Assembly (NCBI GenBank): GCA_002189035.1
Contig: NEEC01000492.1
Location: 1-34,727 of the forward strand
Source: Utricularia gibba
Taxonomy: Eukaryota; Plantae; Magnoliophyta
Reading direction: 5' to 3'
Length of the DNA stretch: 34,727 nucleotides
Positions 1 through 15,000 of this stretch are shown in pieces. Position 1 is the first letter of the stretch. The number at the start of each line of letters is the position of its first letter. The notes under the pieces are model-generated. The model was not told the origin of the DNA. It worked only from the letters and a program-made list of their open reading frames with translations, and searched no databases. The position numbers and the translations under genes are program-made.

Positions 1-3000
1 AAAGGAGTCAGACCGAACTTGGGTCAGAACGAAGTTCACAACGACATCACCCCCCAAAAACGACAAGCTTTTCCTTGAGAAACCATGTAGGCAGCCAATT
101 AAAACCCAACGTTAAGAAAATGCATCAAGTTTTTTGCCGAGCTACAAATGACTATGGGCCCGAGCTCGACTCGACCTCCTTCTCGATACCGTTGCCCCAC
201 GAGAGCGCCTCCTCAGATATAAAGCATGCGGTTGAGAAAACCATTTTGGGTGCTTATGACATCCTAACTTCAATAAGTGCATCACGATTTTCGTCGAGTA
301 GGACCCGATGTGGCAAAGGAGTCAGACCGAACCTTGGGTCAGAACGAAGTTCACAACGACATCACCCCAAAAACGACAAGCTTTTCCTTGAGAAACCATG
401 TAGGCAGCCAATTAAAACCCAACGTTAAGAAATGCATCAAGTTTTTTGCCGAGCTACAAATGACTATGGGCCCGAGCTCGACTCGACCCTTTCGATACCG
501 TTGCCCACGAGAGCGCCTCCTCAATATAAAGCATGCGGTTGAGAAAACCATTTTGGGTGCTCATGACATCCTAACTTCAATAAGTGCATCACGATTTTCG
601 TCGAGTAGGACCGATGTGTCAGACCGAACCTTGGGTCAGAACGAAGTTCACAACGACATCACCCGCCAAAAACGACAAGCTTTTCCTTGAGAAACCATGT
701 AGGCAGCCAATTAAAACAACGTTAAGAAATGCATCAAGTTTTTTGCCGAGCTACAAATGACTATGGGCCCGAGCTCGACTCGACCTCCTTCTCGATACCG
801 TTGCCCACGAGAGCGCCTCCTCAGATATAAAGCATGCGGTTGAGAAAACCATTTTGGGTGCTCATGACATCCTAACTTCAATAAGTGCATACGATTTCGT
901 CGAGTAGGACCCGATGTGGAAAAGGAGTCAGACCGAACCTTGGGTCAGAACGAAGTTCACAACGACATCACCCGCCCAAAAACGACAAGCTTTTCCTTGA
1001 GAAACCATGTAGGCAGCCATTAAAACCCAACGTTAAGAAATGCATCAAGTTTTTTGCCGAGCTACAAATGACTATGGGCCCGAGCTCGACTCGACGCTCG
1101 ATACCGTTGCCCACGAGAGCGCCTCCTCAGATATAAAGCATGCGGTTGAGAAAACCATTTTGGGTGCTTATGACATCCTAACTTCAATAAGTGCATCACG
1201 ATTTTCGTCGAGTAGGACCCGATGTGGCAAAGGAGTCAGACCGAACCTTGGGTCAGAACGAAGTTCACAACGACATCACCCGCCCAAAAACGACAAGCTT
1301 TTCCTTGAGAAACCATGTAGGCAGCCAATTAAAACCAACGTTAAGAAATGCATCAAGTTTTTTTGCCGAGCTACAAATGACTATGGGCCCGAGCTCGACT
1401 CGACTCCTTCTCGATACCGTTGCCCCACGAGAGCGCCTCCTCAAATATAAAGCATGCGGTTGAGAAAACCATTTTGGGTGCTATGACATCCTAACTTCAA
1501 TAAGTGCATCACGATTTTCGTCGAGTAGGACCCGATGTGGCAAAGGAGTCAGACCGAACCTTGGGTCAGAACGAAGTTCACAACGACATCACCCGCCCAA
1601 AAACGACAAGCTTTTCCTTGAGAAACCATGTAGGCAGCCAATTAAAACCCAACGTTAAGAAATGCATCAAGTTTTTTGCCGAGCTACAAATGACTATGGG
1701 CCCGAGCTCGACTCGACTCCTTCTCGATACCGTTGCCCACGAGAGCGCCTCAGATATAAAGCATGCGGTTGAGAAAACCATTTTGGGTGCTTATGACATC
1801 CTAACTTCAATAAGTGCATCACGATTTTTCGTCGAGTAGGACCGATGTGGCAAAGGAGTCAGACCGAACCTTGGGTCAGAACGAAGTTCACAACGACATC
1901 ACCCGCCCAAAAACGACAAGCTTTTCCTTGAGAAACCATGTAGGCAGCCAATTAAAACCCAACGTTAAGAAATGCATCAAGTTTTTGCCGAGCTACAAAT
2001 GACTATGGGCCCGAGCTCGACTCGACCTCCTTCTCGATACCGTTGCCCCACGAGAGCGCCTCCTCAGATATAAAGCATGCGGTTGAGAAAACCATTTTGG
2101 GTGCTTATGACATCCTAACTTCAATAAGTGCATCACGATTTTCGTCGAGTAGGACCCGATGTGGAAAGGAGTCAGACCGAACCTTGGGTCAGAACGAAGT
2201 TCACAACGACATCACCCGCCCAAAAACGACAAGCTTTTCCTTGAGAAACCATGTAGGCAGCCAATTAAAACCCAACGTTAAGAAATGCATCAAGTTTTTT
2301 GCCGAGCTACAAATGACTATGGGCCCGAGCTCGACTCGACCTCCTTCTCGATACCGTTGCCCCACGAGAGCGCCTCCTCAGATATAAAGCATGCGGTTGA
2401 GAAAACCATTTTGGGTGCTTGACATCCTAACTTCAATAAGTGCAATTTTCGTCGAGTAGGACCCGATGTGGCAAAGGAGTCAGACCGAACCTTGGGTCAG
2501 AACGAAGTTCACAACGACATCACCCCCAAAAACGACAAGCTTTTCCTTGAGAAACCATGTAGGCAGCCAATTAAAACCAACGTTAAGAAATGCATCAAGT
2601 TTTTTGCCGAGCTACAAATGACTATGGGCCCGAGCTCGACTCGACCTCCTTCTCGATACCGTTGCCCCACGAGAGCGCCTCCTCAGATATAAAGCATGCG
2701 GTTGAGAAAACCATTTTGGGTGCTCATGACATCCTAACTTCAATAAGTGCATCACGATTTTCGTCGAGTAGGACCCGATGTGGGGAGTCAGACCGAACCT
2801 TGGGTCAGAACGAAGTTCACAACGACATCACCCGCCAAAAACGACAAGCTTTTCCTTGAGAAACCATGTAGGCAGCCAATTAAAACCCAACGTTAAGAAA
2901 TGCATCAAGTTTTTTGCCGAGCTACAAATGACTATGGGCCCGAGCTCGACTCGACCTCTTCTCGATACCGTTGCCCACGAGAGCGCCTCCTCAGATATAA

Positions 3001-6000
3001 AGCATGCGGTTGAGAAAACCATTTTGGGTGCTCATGACATCCTAACTTCAATAAGTGCATCACGATTTTCGTCGAGTAGGACCCGATGTGGCAAAGGAGT
3101 CAGACCGAACCTTGGGTCAGAACGAAGTTCACAACGACATCACCCGCCCAAAAACGACAAGCTTTTCCTTGAGAAACCATGTAGGCAGCCAATTAAAACC
3201 CAACGTTAAGAAATGCATCAAGTTTTTTGCCGAGCTACAAATGACTATGGGCCCGAGCTCGACTCGACCTCCTTCTCGATACCGTTGCCACGAGAGCGCC
3301 TCCTCAGATATAAAGCATGCGGTTGAGAAAACCATTTTGGGTGCTTATGACATCCTAACTTCAATAAGTGCATCACGATTTTCGTCGAGTAGGACCCGAT
3401 GTGGCAAAGGAGTCAGACCGAACCTTGGGTCAGAACGAAGTTCACAAGACATCACCCGCCCAAAAACGACAAGCTTTTCCTTGAGAAACCATGTAGGCAG
3501 CCAATTAAAACCAACGTTAAGAAATGCATCAAGTTTTTTGCCGCTACAAATGACTATGGGCCCGAGCTCGACTCGACCTCCTTCTCGATACGTTGCCCAC
3601 GAGAGCGCCTCCTCAGATATAAAGCATGCGGTTGAGAAAACCATTTTGGGTGCTTATGACATCCTAACTTCAATAAGTGCATCACGATTTTCGTCGAGTA
3701 GGACCCGATGTGGCAAAGGAGTCAGACCGACCTTGGGTCAGAACGAAGTTCACAACGACATCACCCGCCAAAAAACGACAAGCTTTTCCTTGAGAAACCA
3801 TGTAGGCCCAATTAAAACCCAACGTTAAGAAATGCATCAAGTTTTTTGCCGAGCTACAAATGACTATGGCCCGAGCTCGACTCGACCTCCTTCTCGATAC
3901 CGTTGCCCACGAGAGCGCCTCCTCAGATATAAAGCATGCGGTTGAGAAAACCATTTTGGGTGCTTATGACATCCTAACTTCAATAAGTGCATCACGATTT
4001 TCGTCGAGTAGGACCCGATGTGGAAAGGAGTCAGACCGAACTTGGTCAGAACGAAGTGACATCACCCCAAAACGACAAGCTTTTCCTTGAGAAACCATGT
4101 AGGCAGCCAATTAAAACCCAACGTTAAGAAATGCATCAAGTTTTTTGCCGAGCCAAATGACTATGGCCCGAGCTCGACTCGACCTCCTTCTCGATACCGT
4201 TGCCCACGAGAGCGCCTCCTCAGATATAAGCATGCGGTTGAGAAAACCATTTTGGGTGCTCATGACATCCTAACTTCAATAAGTGCATCACGATTTTCGT
4301 CGAGTAGGACCAAAGGAGTCAGACCGAACCTTGGGTCAGAACGAAGTTCACAACGACATCACCCGCCAAAAAACGACAAGCTTTTCCTTGAGAAACCATG
4401 TAGGCAGCCAATTAAAACCCAACGTTAAGAAATGCATCAAGTTTTTTGCCGAGCTACAAATGACTATGGGCCCGAGCTCGACTCGACCTCCTTCTCGATA
4501 CCGTTGCCCCACGAGAGCGCCTCTCAATATAAAGCATGCGGTTGAGAAAACCATTTTGGGTGCTCATGACATCCTAACTTCAATAAGTGCATCACGATTT
4601 TCGTCGAGTAGGACCCGATGTGGCAAAGGAGTCAGATTGGGTCAGAACGAAGTTCACAACGACATCACCGCCAAAAACGACAAGCTTTTCCTTGAGAAAC
4701 ATGTAGGCAGCCATTAAAACAACGTTAAGAAATGCATCAAGTTTTTTGCCGAGCTACAAATGACTATGGGCCCGAGCTCGACTCGACCTCCTTCTCGATA
4801 CGTTGCCCACGAGAGCGCCTGCATGCGGTTGAGAAAACCATTTTGGGTGCTCATGACATCCTAACTTCAATAAGTGCATCACGATTTTCGTCGAGTAGGA
4901 CCCGATGTGGCAAAGGAGTCAGACCGAACCTTGGGTCAGAACGAAGTTCACAACGACATCACCCGCCAAAAACGACAAGCTTTTCCTTGAGAAACATGTA
5001 GGCAGCCATTAAAACCCAACGTTAAGAAATGCATCAAGTTTTTTGCCGAGCCAAAATGACTATGGGCCGAGCTCGACTCGACCTCCTTCGATACCGTTGC
5101 CCCACGAGAGCGCCTCCTCAATATAAAGCATGCGGTTGAGAAAACCATTTTGGGTGCTTATGACATCCTAACTTCAATAAGTGCATCACGATTTTCGTCG
5201 AGTAGGACCCGATAAAGGAGTCAGACCGAACCTTGGGTCAGAACGAAGTTCACAACGACATCACCCCCCAAAAACGACAAGCTTTTCCTTGAGAAACCAT
5301 GTAGGCAGCCAATTAAAACCAACGTTAAGAAATGCATCAAGTTTTTTGCCGAGCTACAAATGACTATGGCCCGAGCTCGACTCGACCTCCTTCTCGATAC
5401 GTTGCCCCACGAGAGCGCTCTCAAATATAAAGCATGCGGTTGAGAAAACCATTTTGGTGCTCATGACATCCTAACTTCAATAAGTGCATCACGATTTTCG
5501 TCGAGTAGGACCCGATGTGGCAAAGGAGTCAGACCGAACCTTGGTCAGAACGAAGTTCACAACGACATCACCCGCCCAAAAACGACAAGCTTTTCCTTGA
5601 GAAACATGTAGGCAGCCAATTACAACGTTAAGAAATGCATCAAGTTTTTTGCCGAGCTACAAATGACTATGGCCCGAGCTCGACTCGACCTCCTTCTCGA
5701 TACCGTTGCCCCACGAGAGCGCCTCAAATATAAAGCATGCGGTTGAGAAAACCGGTGGACATCCTAACTTCAATAAGTGCATCACGATTTTCGTCGAGTA
5801 GGACCCGATGTGGCAAAGGAGTCAGACCGAACTTGGGTCAGAACGAAGTTCACAACGACATCACCCGCCCAAAAACGACAAGCTTTTCCTTGAGAAACAT
5901 GTAGGCAGCCATTAAAACCCAACGTTAAAAATGCATCAAGTTTTTTGCGAGCTACAAATGACTATGGGCCCGAGCTCGACTCGACCTCCTTCTCGATACC

Positions 6001-9000
6001 GTTGCCCACGAGAGCGCCTCCTCAGATATAAAGCATGCGGTTGAGAAAACCATTTTGGGTGCTTATGACATCCTAACTTCAATAAGTGCATCACGATTTT
6101 CGTCGAGTAGGACCCGATGTGGCAAAGGAGTCAGACCGAACCTTGGGTCAGAACGAAGTTCACAACGACATCACCCCCCAAAAACGACAAGCTTTTCCTT
6201 GAGAAACCATGTAGGCAGCCAATTAAAACCCAACGTTAAGAAATGCATCAAGTTTTTTGCCGAGCTACAAATGACTATGGCCCGAGCTCGACTCGACCTC
6301 CTTCTCGATACCGTTGCCCCACGAGAGCGCCTCCTCAGATATAAAGCATGCGGTTGAGAAAACCATTTTGGGTGCTCATGACATCCTAACTTCAATAAGT
6401 GCATCACGATTTCGTCGAGTAGGACCTAAAGGAGTCAGACCGAACCTTGGGTCAGAACGAAGTTCACAACGACATCACCCGCCAAAAACGACAAGCTTTC
6501 CTTGAGAAACCATGTAGGCAGCCAATTAAAACCAACGTTAAGAATGCATCAAGTTTTTGCCGAGCTACAAATGACTATGGGCCCGAGCTCGACTCGACCT
6601 CCTTCTCGATACCGTTGCCCACGAGAGCGCCTCCTCAGATATAAAGCATGCGGTTGAGAAAACCATTTTGGGTGCTTATGACATCCTAACTTCAATAAGT
6701 GCATCACGATTTTCGTCGAGTAGGACCCGATGTGGAAAAAGGAGTCAGACCGAACCTTGGGTCAGAACGAAGTTCACAACGACATCACCCGCCCAAAAAC
6801 GACAAGCTTTTCCTTGAGAAACCATGTAGGCAGCCAATTAAAACCCAACGTTAAGAAATGCATCAAGTTTTTTGCCGAGCTACAAATGACTATGGGCCCG
6901 AGCTCGACTCGACCTCTTCTCGATACCGTTGCCCCACGAGAGCGCCTCAGATATAAAGCATGCGGTTGAGAAAACCATTTTGGGTGCTTATGACATCCTA
7001 ACTTCAATAAGTGCATCACGATTTTCGTCGAGTAGGACCCGATGTGGAAAAGGAGTCAGACCGAACTTGGGTCAGAACGAAGTTCACAACGACATCACCC
7101 GCCCAAAAACGACAAGCTTTTCCTTGAGAAACCATGTAGGCAGCCAATTAAAACCCAACGTTAAGAAATGCATCAAGTTTTTTGCCGAGCTACAAATGAC
7201 TATGGGCCGAGCTCGACTCGACCCTGCTCGATACCGTTGCCCCACGAGAGCGCCTCCTCAGATATAAAGCATGCGGTTGAGAAAACCATTTTGGGTGCTC
7301 ATGACATCCTAACTTCAATAAGTGCATCACGATTTTCGTCGAGTAGGACCCGATGTGGCAAAGGAGTCAGACCGAACTTGGGTCAGAACGAAGTTCACAA
7401 CGACATCACCGCCCAAAAACGACAAGCTTTTCCTTGAGAAACCATGTAGGCAGCCAATTAAAACCCAACGTTAAGAAATGCATCAAGTTTTTTGCCGAGC
7501 TACAAATGACTATGGGCCCGAGCTCGACTCGACCTCCTTCTCGATACCGTTGCCCAGAGAGCGCCTCCTCAATATAAAGCATGCGGTTGAGAAAACCATT
7601 TTGGGTGCTCATGACATCCTAACTTCAATAAGTGCATCACGATTTTCGTCGAGTAGGACCCGATGTGGAAAAAGGAGTCAGACCGAACCTTGGGTCAGAA
7701 CGAAGTTCACAACGACATCACCCGCCAAAAACGACAAGCTTTTCCTTGAGAAACCATGTAGGCAGCCAATTAAAACCCAACGTTAAGAAAATGCATCAAG
7801 TTTTTTGCCGAGCTACAAATGACTATGGGCCCGAGCTCGACTCGACCTCCTTCTCGATACCGTTGCCCACGAGAGCGCCTCCTCAGATATAAAGCATGCG
7901 GTTGAGAAAACCATTTTGGGTGCTTATGACATCCTAACTTCAATAAGTGCATCACGATTTTCGTCGAGTAGGACCCGATGTGGCAAAGGAGTCAGACCGA
8001 ACCTTGGGTCAGAACGAAGTTCACAACGACATCACCGCCCAAAAACGACAAGCTTTTCCTTGAGAAACCATGTAGGCAGCCAATTAAAACCCAACGTTAA
8101 GAAATGCATCAAGTTTTTTGCCGAGCCACAAATGACTATGGGAGCTCGACTCGACCCTTCTCGATACCGTTGCCCCACGAGAGCGCCTTATCAATATAAA
8201 GCATGCGGTTGAGAAAACCATTTTGGGTGCTCATGACATCCTAACTTCAATAAGTGCATCACGATTTTCGTCGAGTAGGACCCGATGTGGCAAAGGAGTC
8301 AGACCGAACCTTGGGTCAGAACGAAGTTCACAACGACATCACCGCCCAAAAACGACAAGCTTTTCCTTGAGAAACCATGTAGGCAGCCAATTAAAACCCA
8401 ACGTTAAGAAATGCATCAAGTTTTTTGCCGAGCCACAAATGACTATGGGCCGAGCTCGACTCGACCTGCTCGATACCGTTGCCCCACGAGAGCGCCTCCT
8501 CAATATAAAGCATGCGGTTGAGAAAACCATTTTGGGTGCTCATGACATCCTAACTTCAATAAGTGCATCACGATTTTCGTCGAGTAGGACCCGATGTGGC
8601 AAAGGAGTCAGACCTTGGGTCAGAACGAAGTTCACAACGACATCACCCGCCCAAAAAACGACAAGCTTTTCCTTGAGAAACCATGTAGGCAGCCAATTAA
8701 AACCCAACGTTAAGAAATGCATCAAGTTTTTTGCCGAGCTACAAATGACTATGGGCCCGAGCTCGACTCGACCTCCTTCTCGATACCGTTGCCCCACGAG
8801 AGCGCCTCTCAATATAAAGCATGCGGTTGAGAAAACCATTTTGGGTGCTCATGACATCCTAACTTCAATAAGTGCATCACGATTTTCGTCGAGTAGGACC
8901 GATGTGGAAAGGAGTCAGACCGACCTTGGGTCAGAACGAAGTTCACAACGACATCACCGCCCAAAACGACAAGCTTTTCCTTGAGAAACCATGTAGGCAG

Positions 9001-12000
9001 CCAATTAAAACCCAACGTTAAGAAATGCATCAAGTTTTTTGCCGAGCTACAAATGACTATGGGCCCGAGCTCGACTCGACCTCCTTCTCGATACCGTTGC
9101 CCACGAGAGCGCCTCCTCAGAATAAAGCATGCGGTTGAGAAAACCATTTTGGGTGCTTATGACATCCTAACTTCAATAAGTGCATCAGATTTCGTCGAGT
9201 AGGACCCGATGTGGAAAAGGAGTCAGACCGAACCTTGGGTCAGAACGAAGTTCACAACGACATCACCCGCAAAAAACGACAAGCTTTTCCTTGAGAAACC
9301 ATGTAGGCAGCCAATTAAAACCCAACGTTAAAAATGCATCAAGTTTTTTGCCGAGCCAAATGACTATGGGCCGAGCTCGACTCGACCTCCTTCTCGATAC
9401 CGTTGCCCCACGAGAGCGCCTCCTCAATATAAAGCATGCGGTTGAGAAAACCATTTTGGGTGCTCATGATCCTAACTTCAATAAGTGCATCACGATTTTC
9501 GTCGAGTAGGACCCGATGTGGAAAAAGGAGTCAGACCGAACCTTGGGTCAGAACGAAGTTCACAACGACATCACCCGCCCAAAAACGACAAGCTTTTCCT
9601 TGAGAAACCATGTAGGCAGCCAATTAAAACCCAACGTTAAGAAATGCATCAAGTTTTTTGCCGAGCTACAAATGACTATGGGCCCGAGCTCGACTCGACC
9701 TCTGCTCGATACCGTTGCCCCACGAGAGCGCCTCCTCAATATAAAGCATGCGGTTGAGAAAACCATTTTGGGTGCTCATGACATCCTAACTTCAATAAGT
9801 GCATCACGATTTTCGTCGAGTAGGACCCGATGTGGCAAAGGAGTCAGGAACTTGGTCAGAACGAAGTTCACAACGACATCACCCGCCAAAACGACAAGCT
9901 TTTCCTTGAGAAACCATGTAGGCAGCCAATTAAAACCAACGTTAAGAAATGCATCAAGTTTTTTGCCGAGCTACAAATGACTATGGGCCCGAGCTCGACT
10001 CGACCTCCTTCTCGATACCGTTGCCGAGCGCCTCCTCAGATATAAAGCATGCGGTTGAGAAAACCATTTGGGTGCTTATGACATCCTAACTTCAATAAGT
10101 GCATCACGATTTTCGTCGAGTAGGACCCGATGTGGCAAAGGAGTCAGACCGAACCTTGGTCAGAACGAAGTTCACACGACATCACCCGCCCAAAAACGAC
10201 AAGCTTTTCCTTGAGAAACCATGTAGGCAGCCAATTAAAACCCAACGTTAAGAAATGCATCAAGTTTTTTGCCGAGCTACAAATGACTATGGGCCCGAGC
10301 TCGACTCGACCTCCTGCTCGATACCGTTGCCCCACAGAGCGCCTCCTCAAATATAAAGCATGCGGTTGAGAAAACCATTTTGGGTGCTCATGACATCCTA
10401 ACTTCAATAAGTGCATCACGATTTTCGTCGAGTAGGACCCGATGTGGCAAAAGGAGTCAGACCGAACCTTGGGTCAGAACGAAGTTCACAACGACATCAC
10501 CCGCCCAAAAACGACAAGCTTTTCCTTGAGAAACCATGTAGGCAGCCAATTAAAACCCAACGTTAAGAAATGCATCAAGTTTTTTGCCGAGCCACAAATG
10601 ACTATGGGCCCGAGCTCGACTCGACCCTTCTCGATACCGTTGCCCACGAGAGCGCCTCCTCAAATATAAAGCATGCGGTTGAGAAAACCATTTTGGGTGC
10701 TCATGACATCCTAACTTCAATAAGTGCATCACGATTTTCGTCGAGTAGGACCCGATGTGGCAAAAGGAGTCAGACCGAACCTTGGGTCAGAAGAGTTCAC
10801 AACGACATCACCCGCCCAAACGACAAGCTTTTCCTTGAGAAACCATGTAGGCAGCCAATTAAAACCCAACGTTAAGAAATGCATCAAGTTTTTTGCCGAG
10901 CTACAAATGACTATGGGCCCGAGCTCGACTCGACCTCCTCTCGATACCGTTGCCCACGAGAGCGCCTCTCAGATATAAAGCATGCGGTTGAGAAAACCAT
11001 TTTGGGTGCTCATGACATCCTAACTTCAATAAGTGCATCACGATTTTCGTCGAGTAGGACCCGATGTGGCAAAGGAGTCAGACCGAACCTTGGGTCAGAA
11101 CGAAGTTCACAACGACATCACCGCCCAAAAACGACAAGCTTTTCCTTGAGAAACCATGTAGGCAGCCAATTAAAACCCAACGTTAAGAAATGCATCAAGT
11201 TTTTTGCCGAGCTACAAATGACTATGGGCCGAGCTCGACTCGACTCCTTCTCGATACCGTTGCCCCACGAGAGCGCCTCCTCAGATATAAAGCATGCGGT
11301 TGAGAAAACCATTTTGGTGCTCATGACATCCTAACTTCAATAAGTGCATCACGATTTTCGTCGAGTAGGACCCGATGTGGCAAAGGAGTCAGACCGAACC
11401 TTGGGTCAGAACGAAGTTCACAACGACATCACCCGCCCAAAAACGACAAGCTTTTCCTTGAGAAACCATGTAGGCAGCCAATTAAAACCCAACGTTAAGA
11501 AATGCATCAAGTTTTTTGCCGAGCTACAAATGACTATGGGCCCGAGCTCGACTCGACCTCCTTCTCGATACCGTTGCCCCACGAGAGCGCCTCCTCAGAT
11601 ATAAAGCATGCGGTTGAGAAAACCATTTTGAAATGACAAACAGTGCATCACGATTTTCGTCGAGTAGGACCCGATGTGGCAAAAGGAAACCTTGGGTCAG
11701 AACGAAGTTCACAACGACATCACCCGCCCAAACGACAAGCTTTTCCTTGAGAAACCATGTAGGCAGCCATTAAAACCCAACGTTAAGAAATGCATCAAGT
11801 TTTTTGCCGAACAAATGACTATGGCCCGAGCTCGACTCGACCTCCATACCGTTGCCCCGAGAGCGCCCAAATATAAAGCATGCGGTTGAGAAAACCATTT
11901 GGGTGCTCATGACATCCTAACTTCAATAAGTGCATCACGATTTTCGTCGAGTAGGACCGATGGCAAAGGAGTTTGGGTCAGAACGAAGTTCACAACGACA

Positions 12001-15000
12001 TTTTTCCTTGAGAAACCATGTAGGCAGCCAATTAAAACCCAACGTTAAGAATGCATCAGTTTTTTGCGAGCTGACTATGGGCCCGAGCTCGACTCGACCT
12101 CCTCTCGATACCGTTGCCCCACGAGAGCGCTCCTCAGATATAAAGCATGCGGTTGAGAAAACCATTTTGGGTGCTCATGACATCCTAACTTCAATAAGTG
12201 CACACGATTTCGTCGAGTAGGACCCGATGTGGCAAAGGAGTCAGACGAACCTTGGGTCAGAACGAAGTTCACAACGACATCACCGCCCAAAAACGACAAG
12301 CTTTTCCTTGAGAAACCATGTAGGCAGCCAATTAAAACCCAACGTTAAGAAATGCATCAAGTTTTTGCCGAGCTACAAATGACTATGGCCGAGCTCGACT
12401 CGACCTCCTTTCGATACCGTTGCCCCACGAGAGCGCTCCTCAATAAAAGCATGCGGTTGAGAAAACCATTTGGGTGCTTATGAATCCTAACTTCAATAAG
12501 TGCATCACGATTTTCGTCGAGTAGGACCCGATGTGGCAAAGGAGTCAGACCGAACCTTGGGTCAGAACGAAGTTCACAACGACATCACCCGCCCAAAAAC
12601 GACAAGCTTTTCCTTGAGAAACCATGTAGGCAGCCAATTAAAACCCAACGTTAAGAAATGCATCAAGTTTTTTGCCGAGCACAAATGACTATGGGCCCGA
12701 GCTCGACTCGACCTCCTCGATACCGTTGCCCACGAGAGCGCCTCCTCAGATATAAAGCATGCGGTTGAGAAAACCATTTTGGGTGCTCATGACATCCTAA
12801 CTTCAATAAGTGCATCACGATTTCGTCGAGTAGGACCCGATGTGGCAAAGGAGTCAGACCGAACCTTGGGTCAGAACGAAGTTCACAACGACATCACCCG
12901 CCAAAAACGACAAGCTTTTCCTTGAGAAACCATGTAGGCAGCCAATTAAAACCCAACGTTAAGAATGCATCAAGTTTTTTGCCGAGCCACAATGACTATG
13001 GCCCGAGCTCGACTCGACCTCCTTCTCGATACCGTTGCCCCACGAGAGCGCTCCTCAGATATAAAGCATGCGGTTGAGAAAACCATTTTGGGTGCTCATG
13101 ACATCCTAACTTCAATAAGTGCAGCACGATTTCGTCGAGTAGACCCGATGTGGAAACCTTGGGTCAGAACGAAGTTCAACGACATCACCCGCCAAAACGA
13201 CAAGCTTTTCCTTGAGAACCATGTAGGCAGCCAATTAAAACCCAACGTTAAGAAATGCATCAAGTTTTTTGCCGACAAATGACTATGGGCCCGAGCTCGA
13301 CTCGACCCTGCTCGATACCGTTGCCCCACGAGAGCGCCTATCAAATATAAAGCATGCGGTTGAGAAAACCATTTTGGGTGCTCATGACATCCTAACTTCA
13401 ATAAGTGCATCACGATTTTCGTCGAGTAGGACCCGATGTGGCAAAGGAGTCAGACCGAACCTTGGTCAGAACGAAGTTCACAACGACATCACCCGCCCAA
13501 AAACGACAAGCTTTTCCTTGAGAAACCATGTAGGCAGCCAATTAAAACCAACGTTAAGAAATGCATCAAGTTTTTTGCCGAGCCAAATGACTATGGGCCC
13601 GAGCTCGACTCGACCTCCTTCTCGATACCGTTGCCCCACGAGAGCGCCTCCTCAATATAAAGCATGCGGTTGAGAAAACCATTTTGGGTGCTCATGACAT
13701 CCTAACTTCAATAAGTGCATCACGATTTTCGTCGAGTAGGACCGATGTGGCAAAAGGAACCTTGGGTCAGAACGAAGTTCACAACGACATCACCCGCCAA
13801 AAAACGACAAGCTTTTCCTTGAGAAACCATGTAGGCAGCCAATTAAAACCCAACGTTAAGAAATGCATCAAGTTTTTTGCCGAGCCACAAATGACTATGG
13901 GCCCGAGCTCGACTCGACCTCCTCTCGATACCGTTGCCCCACGAGAGCGCCTCCTCAGATATAAAGCATGCGGTTGAGAAAACATTTTGGGTGCTCATGA
14001 CATCCTAACTTCAATAAGTGCATCACGATTTTTCGTCGAGTAGGACCCGATGTGGCAAAGGAGTCAGACCGAACCTTGGGTCAGAACGAAGTTCACAACG
14101 ACATCACCCGCCAAAAACGACAAGCTTTTCCTTGAGAAACCATGTAGGCAGCCAATTAAAACCAACGTTAAGAAATGCATCAAGTTTTTGCCGAGCTACA
14201 AATGACTATGGGCCCGAGCTCGACTCGACCTTCTCGATACCGTTGCCCCACGAGAGCGCCTGCATGCGGTTGAGAAAACCATTTTGGGTGCTCATGACAT
14301 CCTAACTTCAATAAGTGCACACGATTTTCGTCGAGTAGGACCCGATGTGGCAAAGGAGTCAGACCGAACCTTGGGTCAGAACGAAGTTCACAACGACATC
14401 ACCCGCCAAAAACGACAAGCTTTTCCTTGAGAAACCATGTAGGCAGCCAATTAAAACCAACGTTAAGAAATGCATCAAGTTTTTTGCCGAGCTACAAATG
14501 ACTATGGGCCCGAGCTCGACTCGACCTCTTCTCGATACGTTGCCCACGAGAGCGCTCCTCAGATATAAAGCATGCGGTTGAGAAAACCATTTTGGGTGCT
14601 CATGACATCCTAACTTCAATAAGTGCAGCACGATTTTCGTCGAGTAGGACCCGATGTGGCAAAGGAACCTTGGGTCAGAACGAAGTTCACAACGACATCA
14701 CCCGCCAAAAACGACAAGCTTTTCCTTGAGAAACCATGTAGGCAGCCATTAAAACCCAACGTTAAGAAATGCATCAAGTTTTTGCCGAGCCACAAATGAC
14801 TATGGGCCCGAGCTCGACTCGACCTCCTCTCGATACGTTGCCCACGAGAGCGCCTCCTCAGATATAAAGCATGCGGTTGAGAAACCATTTTGGGTGCTCA
14901 TGACATCCTAACTTCAATAAGTGCATCACGATTTTCGTCGAGTAGGACCCGATGTGGCAAAAGGAACCTTGGGTCAGAACGAAGTTCACAACGACATCAC

